This document shows positions 18,779 to 29,425 of a DNA stretch of 32,000 bases, piece after piece (position 1 is the first letter of the stretch; every line of letters begins with the position of its first letter). The notes under the pieces were generated by a model that worked only from the letters and a program-made list of their open reading frames with translations, did not search any database and was not told the origin of the DNA. This DNA is from Prochlorococcus marinus str. NATL2A. GTDB taxonomy: Bacteria; Cyanobacteriota; Cyanobacteriia; PCC-6307; Cyanobiaceae. The stretch covers positions 1,740,001 through 1,772,000 of the forward strand of contig NC_007335.2 in assembly GCF_000012465.1 (NCBI RefSeq). Reading direction: 5' to 3'. Position numbers and translations under genes: made by a program.

Positions 18779-20197
18779 ATGAGTGCTGCAAAATTAAACG
18801 TAAAAACCAGTGCAAAACCCAATAGCAGAATTGCTGTAGAGGTAGAAGTGCCCGCAAATCGATGCAAAAATAGTTACGACGAAGCCTTAAGCAAACTCAG
18901 CAGATCTATCTCAATCCCAGGCTTTCGCAAAGGTAAAGTCCCAAAAACAGTAGTAATCCAGCAACTTGGAGTCAAAAGAATACAGGCCTCTGCACTGGAA
19001 TCACTATTGCAAAAAGTATGGACAGAAACCTTAGATCAAGAAGGAATAGAACCTTTGTGTGAGCCTGAACTAGAAGATGGCTTTGAGACTATTTTGGAGA
19101 ATTTTAACCCTGAAAAAACTCTAATATTGAAACTTGAAACTGACATAACACCTATCCCAACTTTAAAAAAATCATCTGGTCTAACTGCTGAAGTAGAAAA
19201 TCTAATATTTGATCCCAAAAAAGTTGATGAACTGATTGAGCAATCCCGAGCTCAACTAGCAACTAAAGTCCCAGTTAGTGATCGTGCCGCACAAAAAGGA
19301 GATATTGCCTTAGTCAGCTTTAAAGGAAGTTTCTCAGATGATGGAAGCGAAATTGAAGGGGGAAGTGCAGATTCAATAGAAATAGAACTCGAGCAAGGCA
19401 GAATGATCCCTGGTTTTATTGAGGGAGTGATTGGAATGAATATCAACGATGAAAAAACATTGAAATGTGAGTTTCCCAAGGATTATCATCAAGAAGAAGC
19501 CAAAGGCAGAAAAGCTGAATTCAATGTCAGTTTGGAAGATTTAAAAATCAAGGAATTACCTGAACTCAATGACGAGTTTGCTAAGCAAGCAAGTGACAAA
19601 GAAAATATGTCTGACTTACGCGCAGATCTTGAAAAGAGACTCAAAGAGGACAATGACAGAAAACAAGCGAAAACTCGTCAAGACTCACTTCTAGATGTTT
19701 TGGTCAAAGAACTTGAAGTTGATCTACCGAAAAGTCTTATTGACCAGGAAGTTCGAACAATTGTTGAACAAACAGCTCAAAATTTTGCTCAACAGGGCAT
19801 TGATGTCAAATCAATGTTTACTCCAGAGCTTGTGAAATCACTCATGGAGTCTTCAAAAGGCGAAGCAGAGAAAAAGCTTCGTCAAAAATTTGCTCTACAG
19901 GCTTTAGCTAAGTCGGAAAAAATTGAAGTTTCAGACAAAGAAATCAACTCAAAACTTGAACAAGTAGAAGCTGATATCAAACTTTCAAACGAAAAAAATA
20001 TCGACGCAGAACGTCTTAAAGAAGCTATTACTGATGATTTATTGCAAGAAAAATTGTTTGCTTGGCTTGAAGAAAATAATACTGTTGTAGAAAAAACCCC
20101 AGAAAAAGCTAGGGATCAAATCAAGGAGAAAAGCTCTAAAAAGAAAACAACAAAAACAAATAAAGAAAAGAAAAGTTCTAAAACACCCAAATCCTAG
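18779..20197 (+). CDS. tig: trigger factor
   Basis: 472 aa. Ribosome-binding signature PGFRKGKVP, a central FKBP-like PPIase segment (GDIALVSFKG...IPGFIEG), and a Lys-rich C-terminal tail. Confidence 0.9.
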   Translation: MSAAKLNVKTSAKPNSRIAVEVEVPANRCKNSYDEALSKLSRSISIPGFRKGKVPKTVVIQQLGVKRIQASALESLLQKVWTETLDQEGIEPLCEPELEDGFETILENFNPEKTLILKLETDITPIPTLKKSSGLTAEVENLIFDPKKVDELIEQSRAQLATKVPVSDRAAQKGDIALVSFKGSFSDDGSEIEGGSADSIEIELEQGRMIPGFIEGVIGMNINDEKTLKCEFPKDYHQEEAKGRKAEFNVSLEDLKIKELPELNDEFAKQASDKENMSDLRADLEKRLKEDNDRKQAKTRQDSLLDVLVKELEVDLPKSLIDQEVRTIVEQTAQNFAQQGIDVKSMFTPELVKSLMESSKGEAEKKLRQKFALQALAKSEKIEVSDKEINSKLEQVEADIKLSNEKNIDAERLKEAITDDLLQEKLFAWLEENNTVVEKTPEKARDQIKEKSSKKKTTKTNKEKKSSKTPKS

Positions 20198-20240
20198 TTT
20201 CTACGCATAGATTAGTAGTATTAGCTATTTAAAATTCAAG

Positions 20241-20897
20241 TTGATTGAAGCAAGACAAAATCACCCCATTAATAGTTTATGGAATAACTCCTCTCTATTT
20301 TCAGGACCGGGAGTGTTACCAACAGTAATCGAACAATCAGGTCAAGGTGATAGGGCATTTGATATTTACTCTCGGTTACTTCGTGAAAGAATCATCTTTC
20401 TAGGAACTGATGTAAATGATCAAGTTGCTGATGCATTAGTAGCTCAAATGCTTTTTTTAGAAGCTGATGATCCAGAAAAAGATATTCAGCTGTACGTGAA
20501 CTCTCCTGGAGGGTCAGTAACTGCGGGCCTGGCTATTTACGACACCATGCAGCAAGTTAGTCCGGATGTCATAACAATTTGCTACGGGCTTGCAGCAAGC
20601 ATGGGTGCTTTTCTTCTCTCTGGAGGAACAAAAGGGAAAAGACTTGCATTGCCAAATTCGAGAATAATGATTCATCAACCTCTTGGTGGAGCTCAAGGTC
20701 AAGCTGTCGAAATTGAAATTCAAGCCAAAGAAATTCTCTATTTAAAAGAGACTCTTAATTCACTTTTGGCTGAGCATACTGGACAAAATATTCAAAAAAT
20801 TTCAGAAGACACTGATCGAGACCACTTTCTTTCTCCCCAAGAAGCGGTTGAATATGGCCTGATCGACAAAGTGGTTTCTAATCTCAACTCCATATGA
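20241..20897 (+). CDS. clpP: ATP-dependent Clp protease proteolytic subunit
   Basis: The Ser/His/Asp triad contexts are present ([28 protein letters not shown]). The ORF opens at TTG 20241. An in-frame GTG at 20313 just before [10 protein letters not shown] is an alternative start, so the N-terminus is uncertain. Confidence 0.9.
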   Translation: MIEARQNHPINSLWNNSSLFSGPGVLPTVIEQSGQGDRAFDIYSRLLRERIIFLGTDVNDQVADALVAQMLFLEADDPEKDIQLYVNSPGGSVTAGLAIYDTMQQVSPDVITICYGLAASMGAFLLSGGTKGKRLALPNSRIMIHQPLGGAQGQAVEIEIQAKEILYLKETLNSLLAEHTGQNIQKISEDTDRDHFLSPQEAVEYGLIDKVVSNLNSI

Positions 20898-21002
20898 ATC
20901 ATTAAGGAAGGCTGACAAGACATCAATCCTCAATGATCCTATTAATTGAGACTGAACAAAATTCATTATCGGTCTATCTAACCTGTTTTTTTTTAGAGCT
21001 CG

Positions 21003-22358
21003 ATGGCAAAATTTGAGGCCCATCTTAAATGCTCCTTTTGTGGCAAAGCCCAAGATCAAGTGAGGAAACTCATTGCTGGTCCAGGAGTTTACATATGCGA
21101 TGAATGTATCGACTTATGCAACGAAATTTTAGATGAAGAACTGATTGATAATCCAACCCATCAAAGAAATGGTCATGAACAAAGCCGTAAAGCTAAAGCT
21201 GCCACAACGACAGCTAAACCAGCTCCAACCTTGGCATCCATCCCCAAGCCAATTGAAATTAAAAAGTTTTTAGATGCTCAAGTAGTTGGGCAAGAACCAG
21301 CAAAAAAAATCTTATCGGTAGCTGTCTACAATCACTACAAGAGACTTGCTTGGAAAGGTGACGGGTCTGGCGAGACTGATTTAACGGCAACAAAATTACA
21401 AAAATCTAATATTTTATTAATTGGACCAACTGGATGCGGAAAGACATTACTTGCCCAAACATTAGCTGAAATGCTTGATGTTCCATTTGCTGTTGCTGAT
21501 GCAACAACTCTTACTGAAGCTGGATATGTTGGAGAGGATGTAGAAAACATTCTTTTACGTCTCCTACAGAAAGCAGATATGGACGTGGATTTAGCACAAA
21601 GAGGAATTATTTACATTGATGAAATTGACAAAATTGCTAGAAAAAGTGAAAACCCATCCATTACTCGAGATGTCTCTGGAGAAGGGGTGCAACAAGCTCT
21701 TCTAAAAATGCTCGAGGGTACTGTTGCCAACGTTCCTCCTCAGGGAGGAAGAAAGCATCCTTACGGTGACTCTATTCAAATTGATACGAGCCAAATACTC
21801 TTTATATGTGGTGGAGCATTTGTTGGCTTAGATGACGTAGTGGAAAAAAGACTTGGAAAAAATTCAATTGGTTTCATACAAAATGAAAACAGAACAAGAA
21901 CAAAATCTAATAGAGATCGTGTTGGTGCAGATCTAATTAATGACCTTGAGCCCGACGACCTAGTGAAATATGGTCTGATTCCCGAATTTATTGGAAGAAT
22001 GCCTGTCAGTGCAATATTAGAACCGCTAAATGCTAAAGCACTTGAGTCCATTCTCACGGAACCAAGAGATGCTTTAGTAAAGCAATTTAGAACTTTATTA
22101 AGTATGGATAATGTAGAACTCTCATTTGACGAGGATGCTGTTGAGGCAATTGCGCAAGAAGCTTATAAAAGAAAAACCGGAGCTAGAGCTTTGCGAGGAA
22201 TTGTTGAAGAAATCATGCTAGATCTAATGTATAGTCTTCCATCTCAAACTAAAATTAAAAATTTCAACGTTACAAAAAAAATGGTTGATGAAAGTACTGG
22301 TGGAAAAGTTGTTCCTCTCTTATCAAATGAAAAAAGAATCGTTAAGGAATCTGCCTAG
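21003..22358 (+). CDS. clpX: ATP-dependent Clp protease ATP-binding subunit ClpX
   Basis: 451 aa. N-terminal zinc ribbon CSFCGK...CDECIDLC, Walker A GPTGCGKT, Walker [10 protein letters not shown]. Confidence 0.97.
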   Translation: MAKFEAHLKCSFCGKAQDQVRKLIAGPGVYICDECIDLCNEILDEELIDNPTHQRNGHEQSRKAKAATTTAKPAPTLASIPKPIEIKKFLDAQVVGQEPAKKILSVAVYNHYKRLAWKGDGSGETDLTATKLQKSNILLIGPTGCGKTLLAQTLAEMLDVPFAVADATTLTEAGYVGEDVENILLRLLQKADMDVDLAQRGIIYIDEIDKIARKSENPSITRDVSGEGVQQALLKMLEGTVANVPPQGGRKHPYGDSIQIDTSQILFICGGAFVGLDDVVEKRLGKNSIGFIQNENRTRTKSNRDRVGADLINDLEPDDLVKYGLIPEFIGRMPVSAILEPLNAKALESILTEPRDALVKQFRTLLSMDNVELSFDEDAVEAIAQEAYKRKTGARALRGIVEEIMLDLMYSLPSQTKIKNFNVTKKMVDESTGGKVVPLLSNEKRIVKESA

Positions 22359-22517
22359 AAAGAATAAACTATGAATACCTTTATTAAATTTAATTAGTGT
22401 AATAAAAAAATTATAAACTTTGAAAAAATTAAATTAGTCAAATATTTGATGAATGACTATAGATTATGAATATGATCAAATAACTCAAGATCAAATTCAT
22501 TCATATTTTTAATTGAA

Positions 22518-24215
22518 ATGATAACGACTTATGAGCCATTACATCATAAATATCGCCCAACAAGCTTTGACGAACTAGTTGGGCAAGATCCAATCAAGTC
22601 AACATTAAAACAGGCATTAATTAGTGATCGAATTGCCCCTGCATATATTTTTTCTGGACCTCGAGGAACAGGTAAAACATCAAGCGCGCGCATTTTCGCA
22701 AAGTCTTTAAATTGTTTAAAAAGTGAAAAAGCTACAACCACGCCTTGCGGGCAATGTGAACTCTGTAAGGGAATTAGCTCTGGCAATGCATTGGATGTAA
22801 TTGAAATTGATGCAGCTTCGAATACAGGTGTTGAAAATATTCGTGAATTAATAGAAAGGTCTAGATTTGCTCCTGCAAAAGCTCGCTGGAAAGTTTATGT
22901 CATAGATGAATGCCATATGCTTTCAACCGCAGCCTTTAATGCACTTTTAAAAACGTTAGAAGAACCTCCCCGTCAAGTCGTATTTATTCTTGCGACAACT
23001 GATCCTCAACGCGTTTTACCTACAATTCTTAGTAGATGCATGCGGTTTGATTTTAGAAGAATAGCTCTGCATGATTTAGAGAGTCATTTAATCAATATTG
23101 CTAAAAAAGAGGAAATTCAAATCAACGAAGAAGCAATATCATTAATTGCCAAACACTCCCAAGGAGGGTTGAGAGATGCGGAAAGTTTACTTGATCAAGT
23201 CAGTTTACTTCCTCCGCCAATAACTCAATTAAACATAATTAATTTAATAGGAGCTATACCAGAAGAAGAATTAATTATATTAGCAAAGTCTTTAATAACT
23301 AAAGATCCGAATTCTATTCTGAATATTTGTAATAGCCTAATAAATAAAGGGAAGGAGCCAATTGCAATTTTACAAGGAATAGCATCTATATTAAGAGATC
23401 TAGTTGTAACAAAAGTCACAAATAAACCAACAAATTTATGTAATATTTCCCAAGAGCATAGTGAAAGTTTAAACTTCTTAGCAACATCTAGTAATCTTGA
23501 TCAAATACTCAACCTACAGGCCAAGTTAAAAGGATCAGAAAGTAATATAAGAAACAGTAATCAACCAAACTTATGGCTAGAAATTCATCTACTTGGAATG
23601 CTTTCCGATGAAGTTTCCAAAGAAAATAATAACATCAAACAATCCTTAGTTAAAACCAAAATATCAGATAACTCTGAATCTGAAAATACAAATAATACAT
23701 CAAACAGCATAGTCCCTAATACAGAGAAAGAACAAATTAAAACAACAGCTTTTCTAGACGAAACAAAAACTAGTCCAACTTTAAATCTTGATGATATTTG
23801 GAAAAAAGTTATAGCTATGTTAGAGCTTCCTTCAACAAAGATGCTACTTTCACAACAAGCTAAATTAATCAATCTGAGTTCAGATTCTGCTGAAATAGCA
23901 ATTTCTGAAAAATGGATAAATATGATTCAAAGTCGAAAAAATCTGATTGAAGATGCTTTTTATAAAGCGATAGGATCGTCAACTAAAGTTCTATTAATAC
24001 AACAAAAAGATAACTTTTCAAATCATAATAAAGTTGAAAATAATCTTCAAAAAATAGAACCAAAAAATCAAATTAAAGTTGATAGAGAGCCAAATAAAAA
24101 TATTGTTAAAGAGGAGAAAATAGAGTCAAAAAATAATTTAAAGGTAAATTCTATTGATCAAAAAGCTAAGCAATTCGCAGACTTCTTTAATGGAGAAATT
24201 GTGAATCTTGAATGA
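22518..24215 (+). CDS. dnaX: DNA polymerase III subunit gamma/tau
   Basis: 565 aa. Walker A GPRGTGKTS, zinc module CGQCELC, Walker B VIDECHML, sensor SRC motif. The C-terminal half is low-complexity and N/K/S-rich. Confidence 0.9.
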   Translation: MITTYEPLHHKYRPTSFDELVGQDPIKSTLKQALISDRIAPAYIFSGPRGTGKTSSARIFAKSLNCLKSEKATTTPCGQCELCKGISSGNALDVIEIDAASNTGVENIRELIERSRFAPAKARWKVYVIDECHMLSTAAFNALLKTLEEPPRQVVFILATTDPQRVLPTILSRCMRFDFRRIALHDLESHLINIAKKEEIQINEEAISLIAKHSQGGLRDAESLLDQVSLLPPPITQLNIINLIGAIPEEELIILAKSLITKDPNSILNICNSLINKGKEPIAILQGIASILRDLVVTKVTNKPTNLCNISQEHSESLNFLATSSNLDQILNLQAKLKGSESNIRNSNQPNLWLEIHLLGMLSDEVSKENNNIKQSLVKTKISDNSESENTNNTSNSIVPNTEKEQIKTTAFLDETKTSPTLNLDDIWKKVIAMLELPSTKMLLSQQAKLINLSSDSAEIAISEKWINMIQSRKNLIEDAFYKAIGSSTKVLLIQQKDNFSNHNKVENNLQKIEPKNQIKVDREPNKNIVKEEKIESKNNLKVNSIDQKAKQFADFFNGEIVNLE

Positions 24216-24229
24216 ATAAAATAACTTCC

Positions 24230-25546
24230 TCAAGAACCAATATGATCAGTTTTTTCCCAAATCAACGTCTTACGAAATAGTGACATCTTAACTACTATAA
24301 ACGGTATAACAATAAACCAATGTGCAAGGTAAATTGTGGCTCCTAGTATATTAATAAAATTAGGTGATGGTAATCTTGGACCTTCGCTATTTTGAGAACA
24401 TCCTTTCCAAAAAGCTAAACTAGATATACCAAATGCAACTATTGATAGTGGCCAATAAAGTGGCGTTTCAAATAAAATAATTGATACAATCAAATCTATA
24501 AGTGATACAACCGGTAAAACATATTGCAATAAGAAAAAGCAAGATAAATCTATTTTTTTAAATTTTGAAAGTCGATTTGAGATCAATAAGGGCCAGTAAT
24601 CAAAAAATCTTTGCAAACCTCCCTCGGCCCATCTTTTTCTTTGTCGGAATAAAGCCGACAATGATTCCACTGCTTCCTCTTGAATAGGTGGATCCCACAT
24701 TATTACTATTGGCGATCGGGTTAATAAAAACCGGAAACTTAGATCTAAATCGTCAGTGATAGTTTGTTCATTAAAGCCTCCACAACATTCAAGAACTTTT
24801 CTATTAATTAATTGTCCATTACCTCTTAACTCCGAAACACCCCCACTAGCAAGTCTGCCCCTTTGAATAACGGCATCCATTGCCATCTCCATTGCTTGAT
24901 ATGAAGCAATTTGATTTAACTCACAATTTACAACTGATTTTCTTAACTGCACAGCAGACCATCCACCATGCAAAGCAAGAGCTATTGCTCTAAGTAATAC
25001 ATTGCTCTGTAGTTGTGCATCAGCATCAAGAATAAATAACCACTCTCCATCAGTTTTATTCAATACAGAATTCAGAGCTCCTGATTTTCCACCACCACTC
25101 ATCAATGGACGACTTAAAACATTAATTCTAGAAAAGCTTGTACGTAATTTTTTTAATAAATCAGGTGTTCGATCTTGACTTCCATCATCAATTATCCATA
25201 AAGAAATCTTCTCCTCTGGATATTCAATTGATAAAAGTCGTGAAACTAATCGCTCTATTACATTTTCTTCATCACGTGCTGCCACCAACACATCTACTTT
25301 GGGAAGAGTCTCAACAAATTTTTCTTCCTTAATTAGATACTCGTTTTGCAATTGATAATTGTCCCTGCGATCTCGTAAAACAACTCTTAACCCATACCCA
25401 CCCAGCAAGACAGCCAAAGTAATTGAAGGGAATAAATTCTTGCTAGGCGCCATAAGATGAGGAAAAATTCCTGCCAAAGCGCAGCAAATCAAAAACAATA
25501 TTGATTTAATGCGTCGGTTTTCTCCACTGATTTTGGCTAAAGCCAT
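24230..25546 (-). CDS. family 2 glycosyltransferase, membrane-integrated, QxxRW (processive-type) class
   Basis: 438 aa. N-terminal TM helices, GT-A motifs DDGSQDRT and LDADA, QRKRWAEG motif, and several C-terminal TM helices. Confidence 0.8.
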   Translation of the reverse strand: MALAKISGENRRIKSILFLICCALAGIFPHLMAPSKNLFPSITLAVLLGGYGLRVVLRDRRDNYQLQNEYLIKEEKFVETLPKVDVLVAARDEENVIERLVSRLLSIEYPEEKISLWIIDDGSQDRTPDLLKKLRTSFSRINVLSRPLMSGGGKSGALNSVLNKTDGEWLFILDADAQLQSNVLLRAIALALHGGWSAVQLRKSVVNCELNQIASYQAMEMAMDAVIQRGRLASGGVSELRGNGQLINRKVLECCGGFNEQTITDDLDLSFRFLLTRSPIVIMWDPPIQEEAVESLSALFRQRKRWAEGGLQRFFDYWPLLISNRLSKFKKIDLSCFFLLQYVLPVVSLIDLIVSIILFETPLYWPLSIVAFGISSLAFWKGCSQNSEGPRLPSPNFINILGATIYLAHWFIVIPFIVVKMSLFRKTLIWEKTDHIGS

Positions 25547-25591
25547 GGAGTAATCCTTTTATCAACAAGTGACTCTAAGAGGCTTTCATCA

Positions 25592-27145
25592 CTAAGGCAA
25601 AAATCCATATTTAGTTTTCGGATAATAATGAGCAAGAATTTGCTTGGTAGTCCATCCTTTTTTTGCTAACTCTATAGCCCCAGACTGAGACATTCCTGCT
25701 CCATGGCCAAAACCTCCACCAGAAAACAGCCATTTACCTTCTTTAATTTCTTTAACAACGAATAATGTGCTTGGTAATTCTCCAAGAACACGTCGAATGT
25801 CATCAAGTTTAAGCAAAATTTTAGAACCAGACTTCCCTTCAATTTTTAACGAAGTGACTCTCCCACTACTTCCTCTCCTTAAAACTTCAATTTTATATGG
25901 ATAAAAAGAACTGCCAACTTTTTGAGCTTTTTTGAGCTGTTTAGATATCTGAGAAGACTCTATCGTTCGTTCCCATCTAAAAAGTGGATGATCAGAGCCA
26001 AAAGCCTCAGACTTGGAAAATAAAAAAGATTTCAAATTTTTCTCATTTGATAGAGGTAAATCAACCGAACCAGCCCAGTGCTTTGGACCATCCAAGCGCA
26101 TTTGCAAATAGGGAACTTGATTAATTGACCATGCTTCATCGACCGAGGCCATTACTCCACCATTAGTTGCGTGATAAACAGTGTTTATTGGCTTTTTATT
26201 CCAAGTGAGAATTTTGCCAGTTGTTTTTTTTATAGCTGTTGCAATTTTCAAATTGGCTTTAGATGGATCCTTATAAACCTGACATTGGGTATCACTACAA
26301 AGATTGTATCCATCAACTTTGAATCTATGGGTATTGGCCATAGCCCATGTTCTAGCTAGTACCGCCTGCGCTGCTAGTGCTGCTTCAGGTGAACTGGCGC
26401 CGATTTCATAAGGAACGACTCCGTTTAAATATCTCTCAATCGGAACATGCTCAACCAGAGTCCAACTTCCATATGCATCTGGCTGGATCGAAAATGGACC
26501 TAAGTATATCCCCTTCTCCCAGCGCAACCCATCAGGAGCTTGCAAAGAGATAGGACCTTTGAGGGCAATCTTTCCATCATTTCCATCAAGATAAGGAAAA
26601 ACAAACTTTGAAACTTTTATTTTTTGATAAGTCGACTTTATGGCTGGAGGAATCTCGATGTCGCCTGATACCCAAACCTCCCAATCCAAGGGATGCGCAA
26701 TAGTTGATTCAATACCTTTATCTTTTAAATCATTTGCCAATCTTTCAGCAGACTCGAAACTTGCAAAAGGACCAATTTTGTTTCGAACAAATACTTTTGG
26801 ATTTAATAATTGTTGTGCTCGCCAACCAATATTAATTTCTTTAGCCTTTCTTATGACTCCATTAGCATCTTTCAGAATCAAGTTTCTACCAATACTTACA
26901 AGCCTCAAAGATGGAGATTTTTGATCATTGATGATTTCCTTTCCTAAATATGGCTTGATCCCAACAAGCAGAACATTTTTTCCTGAACTAATTAAAGGCG
27001 TCTCAGGAGGCGACTGATGAGTTTCAAAAAACTTAACTTTGCGAGGAGACGCAATACTTACTTGATTTGAATAAGGCAAACCAATCAAGAAAAGTAAACC
27101 AAAAACAAAAAAACTCTTTTGAGCCTTTAAATAACTTTTAATCAA
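25592..27145 (-). CDS. SpoIID/LytB-domain protein (secreted peptidoglycan-remodelling family)
   Basis: 517 aa. N-terminal signal/TM segment FVFGLLFLIGLP, SpoIID signature AALAAQAVLARTWA, C-terminal GHGAGMSQSGA motif. Confidence 0.8.
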   Translation of the reverse strand: MIKSYLKAQKSFFVFGLLFLIGLPYSNQVSIASPRKVKFFETHQSPPETPLISSGKNVLLVGIKPYLGKEIINDQKSPSLRLVSIGRNLILKDANGVIRKAKEINIGWRAQQLLNPKVFVRNKIGPFASFESAERLANDLKDKGIESTIAHPLDWEVWVSGDIEIPPAIKSTYQKIKVSKFVFPYLDGNDGKIALKGPISLQAPDGLRWEKGIYLGPFSIQPDAYGSWTLVEHVPIERYLNGVVPYEIGASSPEAALAAQAVLARTWAMANTHRFKVDGYNLCSDTQCQVYKDPSKANLKIATAIKKTTGKILTWNKKPINTVYHATNGGVMASVDEAWSINQVPYLQMRLDGPKHWAGSVDLPLSNEKNLKSFLFSKSEAFGSDHPLFRWERTIESSQISKQLKKAQKVGSSFYPYKIEVLRRGSSGRVTSLKIEGKSGSKILLKLDDIRRVLGELPSTLFVVKEIKEGKWLFSGGGFGHGAGMSQSGAIELAKKGWTTKQILAHYYPKTKYGFLP

Positions 27146-27237
27146 AACAAAAATCTTCTTCCATGAGAATTTAATAATTTCGGGTTGGCTTAAGTGGGCT
27201 CAAGGACGTATTCTTATAGACTAACTATGCTTTATCA

Positions 27238-27435
27238 ATGCCAAAGCTCAAGACCCGCAAAGCTGCTGCAAAGCGGTTCAAAGCAACAGGCACTGGCAAG
27301 TTCATGAGACGTCGTGCTTTTCACAATCACTTACTCGACCATAAGAGTCCTAAATTAAAAAGGCACCTTAAAACAAAAGCAGTCGTAGACGAACGTGATG
27401 CGGAGAACGTAAGGCTTATGCTTCCCTATGCTTAA
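27238..27435 (+). CDS. rpmI: 50S ribosomal protein L35
   Basis: 65 aa, [15 protein letters not shown]... is the canonical L35 N-terminus. Confidence 0.95.
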   Translation: MPKLKTRKAAAKRFKATGTGKFMRRRAFHNHLLDHKSPKLKRHLKTKAVVDERDAENVRLMLPYA

Positions 27436-27486
27436 GTCTTCTCAAAACGTTTATTAGTTCAATTTCTTGATTTCTGATTATTAATT

Positions 27487-27834
27487 ATGGCACGCGTTAA
27501 AAGAGGTAATGTTGCTAGAAAACGTAGAAACAAAATCCTTCGCTTAGCGAGAGGATTTAGAGGGGGTAATGGAACTCTTTTCCGAACCGCAAATCAAAGA
27601 GTAATGAAAGCCCTTTGTAACGCATATAGAGACAGAAGAAGAAGAAAACGTGATTTCAGGAGACTTTGGATTGCAAGAATCAATGCAGCAGCAAGATTAA
27701 ATGGATTAAGTTACAGCAAGTTCATGGGTGGCTTAAAGAAAGCAGATATAAGAATTAACAGAAAAATGCTGGCTCAATTAGCAGTTATAGATCCTAAAAC
27801 ATTCACAAACGTTGCAGTTAATTCAAAAAGTTAA
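27487..27834 (+). CDS. rplT: 50S ribosomal protein L20
   Basis: 115 aa, [26 protein letters not shown] is canonical L20. It lies 51 nt downstream of rpmI. Confidence 0.95.
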
Positions 27835-27980
27835 ATATGTTTCATCTTTTTTTACTTATTTAAAGTTATGAATGAATAATTAATTAAGATAAAAAAATAC
27901 AGAAGAAATTCCAAAAATCAAGAAAATGATAATAATAAATAATTACTATACAGTTAACAAATTTTTTATTTGAGTTTTAG

Positions 27981-28541
27981 TTGATGATAGTTAATCTTCC
28001 TCAAACTTATTTAATAGGACTGTGTTTGCTTTTAGTAATTATTGCTATTTTAGTAGGAAGACAACTTTATAAAGTAAGAAAAGATGAAATGAAGCTAATC
28101 AAATTAGAAAAAGAAGATTCAAATACAAAAGAAAATTCAGCAAAAATGTATGAATTGGCATCTGTTCAATTAAAGAAAAGATTATATCCTCAAGCTACAT
28201 CAACCTTAAAACAGGCCTTAAAGAAACTTGATGGCGAGCCAGAAGAAGCTAAAGCACTAATAGAAAATGCATTAGGCTTTGCACTCGCTGCTCAAAATGA
28301 CTTTAAATCAGCAGTAATTCATTACAAAAAAGCATTAACAGCAAAATCTGAATATCCAGTAGCGCTAAATAATCTCGGTTTTGCTTATCAACGGTTGCTC
28401 AAAGAAGATGAAGCTTATAAAAATTATAAAGAGGTTTTAAAGTTAGATCCTAATAATAAAACTGCGATCTCTCAAATTAAAAGACTTGAGCGTATAGTTG
28501 GAAAAGATAAAGATCAATTATCGAATAAAAAAGGCTTCTAA
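27981..28541 (+). CDS. membrane-anchored TPR-repeat protein
   Basis: 186 aa. One N-terminal TM helix (YLIGLCLLLVIIAILVG) followed by about three TPR-like units (e.g. ALGFALAAQNDFKSAVIHYKKAL, ALNNLGFAYQRLLKEDEAYKNYKEVLKLDPNN). TTG 27981 and ATG 27984 are both possible starts. Confidence 0.7.
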   Translation: MMIVNLPQTYLIGLCLLLVIIAILVGRQLYKVRKDEMKLIKLEKEDSNTKENSAKMYELASVQLKKRLYPQATSTLKQALKKLDGEPEEAKALIENALGFALAAQNDFKSAVIHYKKALTAKSEYPVALNNLGFAYQRLLKEDEAYKNYKEVLKLDPNNKTAISQIKRLERIVGKDKDQLSNKKGF

Positions 28542-28569
28542 ATCATTATTAATCCATCATGTTTGACCC

Positions 28570-29376
28570 ATGCAAAAAACAAATAAATTTCTAAAAATAG
28601 GAAATAAAGAGTTCAAAAGTCGACTTCTTGTTGGAACTGGCAAATACTCATCCTTAGAAGTCATGCAAAAAAGCCTAATAAATACAAAATGTGAAATAGT
28701 TACTGTCGCAGTTAGAAGAGTTCAAGGGCTAGAACATGGACATAAAGGATTAATGGAATCAATAGACTGGAAAAGAATATGGATGCTGCCAAACACTGCA
28801 GGATGCTCAAATGCCGAAGAAGCTATTCGAATAGCAAGACTTGGCAGAGAATTAGCAAAGTTAGCAGGTCAAGAGACTAATAATTTTGTCAAATTAGAGG
28901 TTATTCCTGACAAAAAATATTTATTACCCGACCCAATTGGAACCTTAAAAGCAGCCGAACAATTAGTTAAAGAAGGATTTACTGTTCTTCCATATATAAA
29001 TTCTGATCCATTAATTGCAAAACAGCTTGAAGAAATTGGATGTGCAACCGTTATGCCTCTTGGTTCCCCCATTGGATCTGCTCAAGGAATAAGAAATGCT
29101 GCAAACATTGCGATGATTATCGCAGAATCTCGAATCCCAATAATTATTGATGCAGGCATTGGAGTTCCAAGTGAAGCAGCGCAAGCATTAGAAATGGGTG
29201 CTGATGGGGTTCTAATAAATAGTGCTATTGCTTTAGCTGAAAACCCAATTCTTATGGCTCAAGCCTTCTCTAAGGCTACCGAGGCAGGCAGGGATGGCTA
29301 TCTATCTGGAAGACTGAAAGAGAACCCTCTTGCTAGTCCAAGCTCTCCACTAGATGGAGTTATATCAAATAATTAG
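28570..29376 (+). CDS. thiG: thiazole synthase
   Basis: 268 aa. ThiG signatures [26 protein letters not shown] and [24 protein letters not shown]. Confidence 0.93.
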   Translation: MQKTNKFLKIGNKEFKSRLLVGTGKYSSLEVMQKSLINTKCEIVTVAVRRVQGLEHGHKGLMESIDWKRIWMLPNTAGCSNAEEAIRIARLGRELAKLAGQETNNFVKLEVIPDKKYLLPDPIGTLKAAEQLVKEGFTVLPYINSDPLIAKQLEEIGCATVMPLGSPIGSAQGIRNAANIAMIIAESRIPIIIDAGIGVPSEAAQALEMGADGVLINSAIALAENPILMAQAFSKATEAGRDGYLSGRLKENPLASPSSPLDGVISNN

Positions 29377-29425
29377 AGAAATTCGTTAAAAATTAGTAAC
29401 GTAATAGGCTAATAAACAAAAAGAC

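Noticed and set aside
20986-20994. T9 run just upstream of clpX, considered as an intrinsic terminator or attenuator between clpP and clpX
   Set aside because: I could not find a stable GC-containing stem directly 5' of the T-run; the best pairing is 4 bp with a ~20-nt loop.
20802-21059. 85-aa minus-strand ORF spanning the clpP-clpX intergenic region
   Set aside because: It overlaps the 3' end of clpP and the 5' end of clpX on the opposite strand, has no motif, and would disrupt the conserved clpP-clpX arrangement. Likely spurious.
23103-23109. AAAAAAG heptamers in dnaX (23103-23109 and 23802-23808) as possible programmed -1 frameshift sites producing a gamma subunit
   Set aside because: In both cases the zero frame reads AAA AAA G rather than the A AAA AAG phasing needed for tandem slippage. 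The first site is at codon ~196, inside the ATPase module. The second, at codon ~429, is at a gamma-like position, but the -1 frame stays open for ~19 codons and I saw no downstream stem-loop or upstream SD-like stimulator. Transcriptional slippage on an A6 run cannot be excluded but is unsupported.
29377-29425. TTA/TAA-rich periodic sequence (CGTTAAAAATTAGTAACGTAATAGGCTAATAAAC) upstream of the Psb34-like ORF and sqdB, considered as Pho boxes
   Set aside because: There is no clean set of 8-bp PyTTAAPyPy(T/A) repeats at 11-bp spacing. The composition alone explains the pattern.
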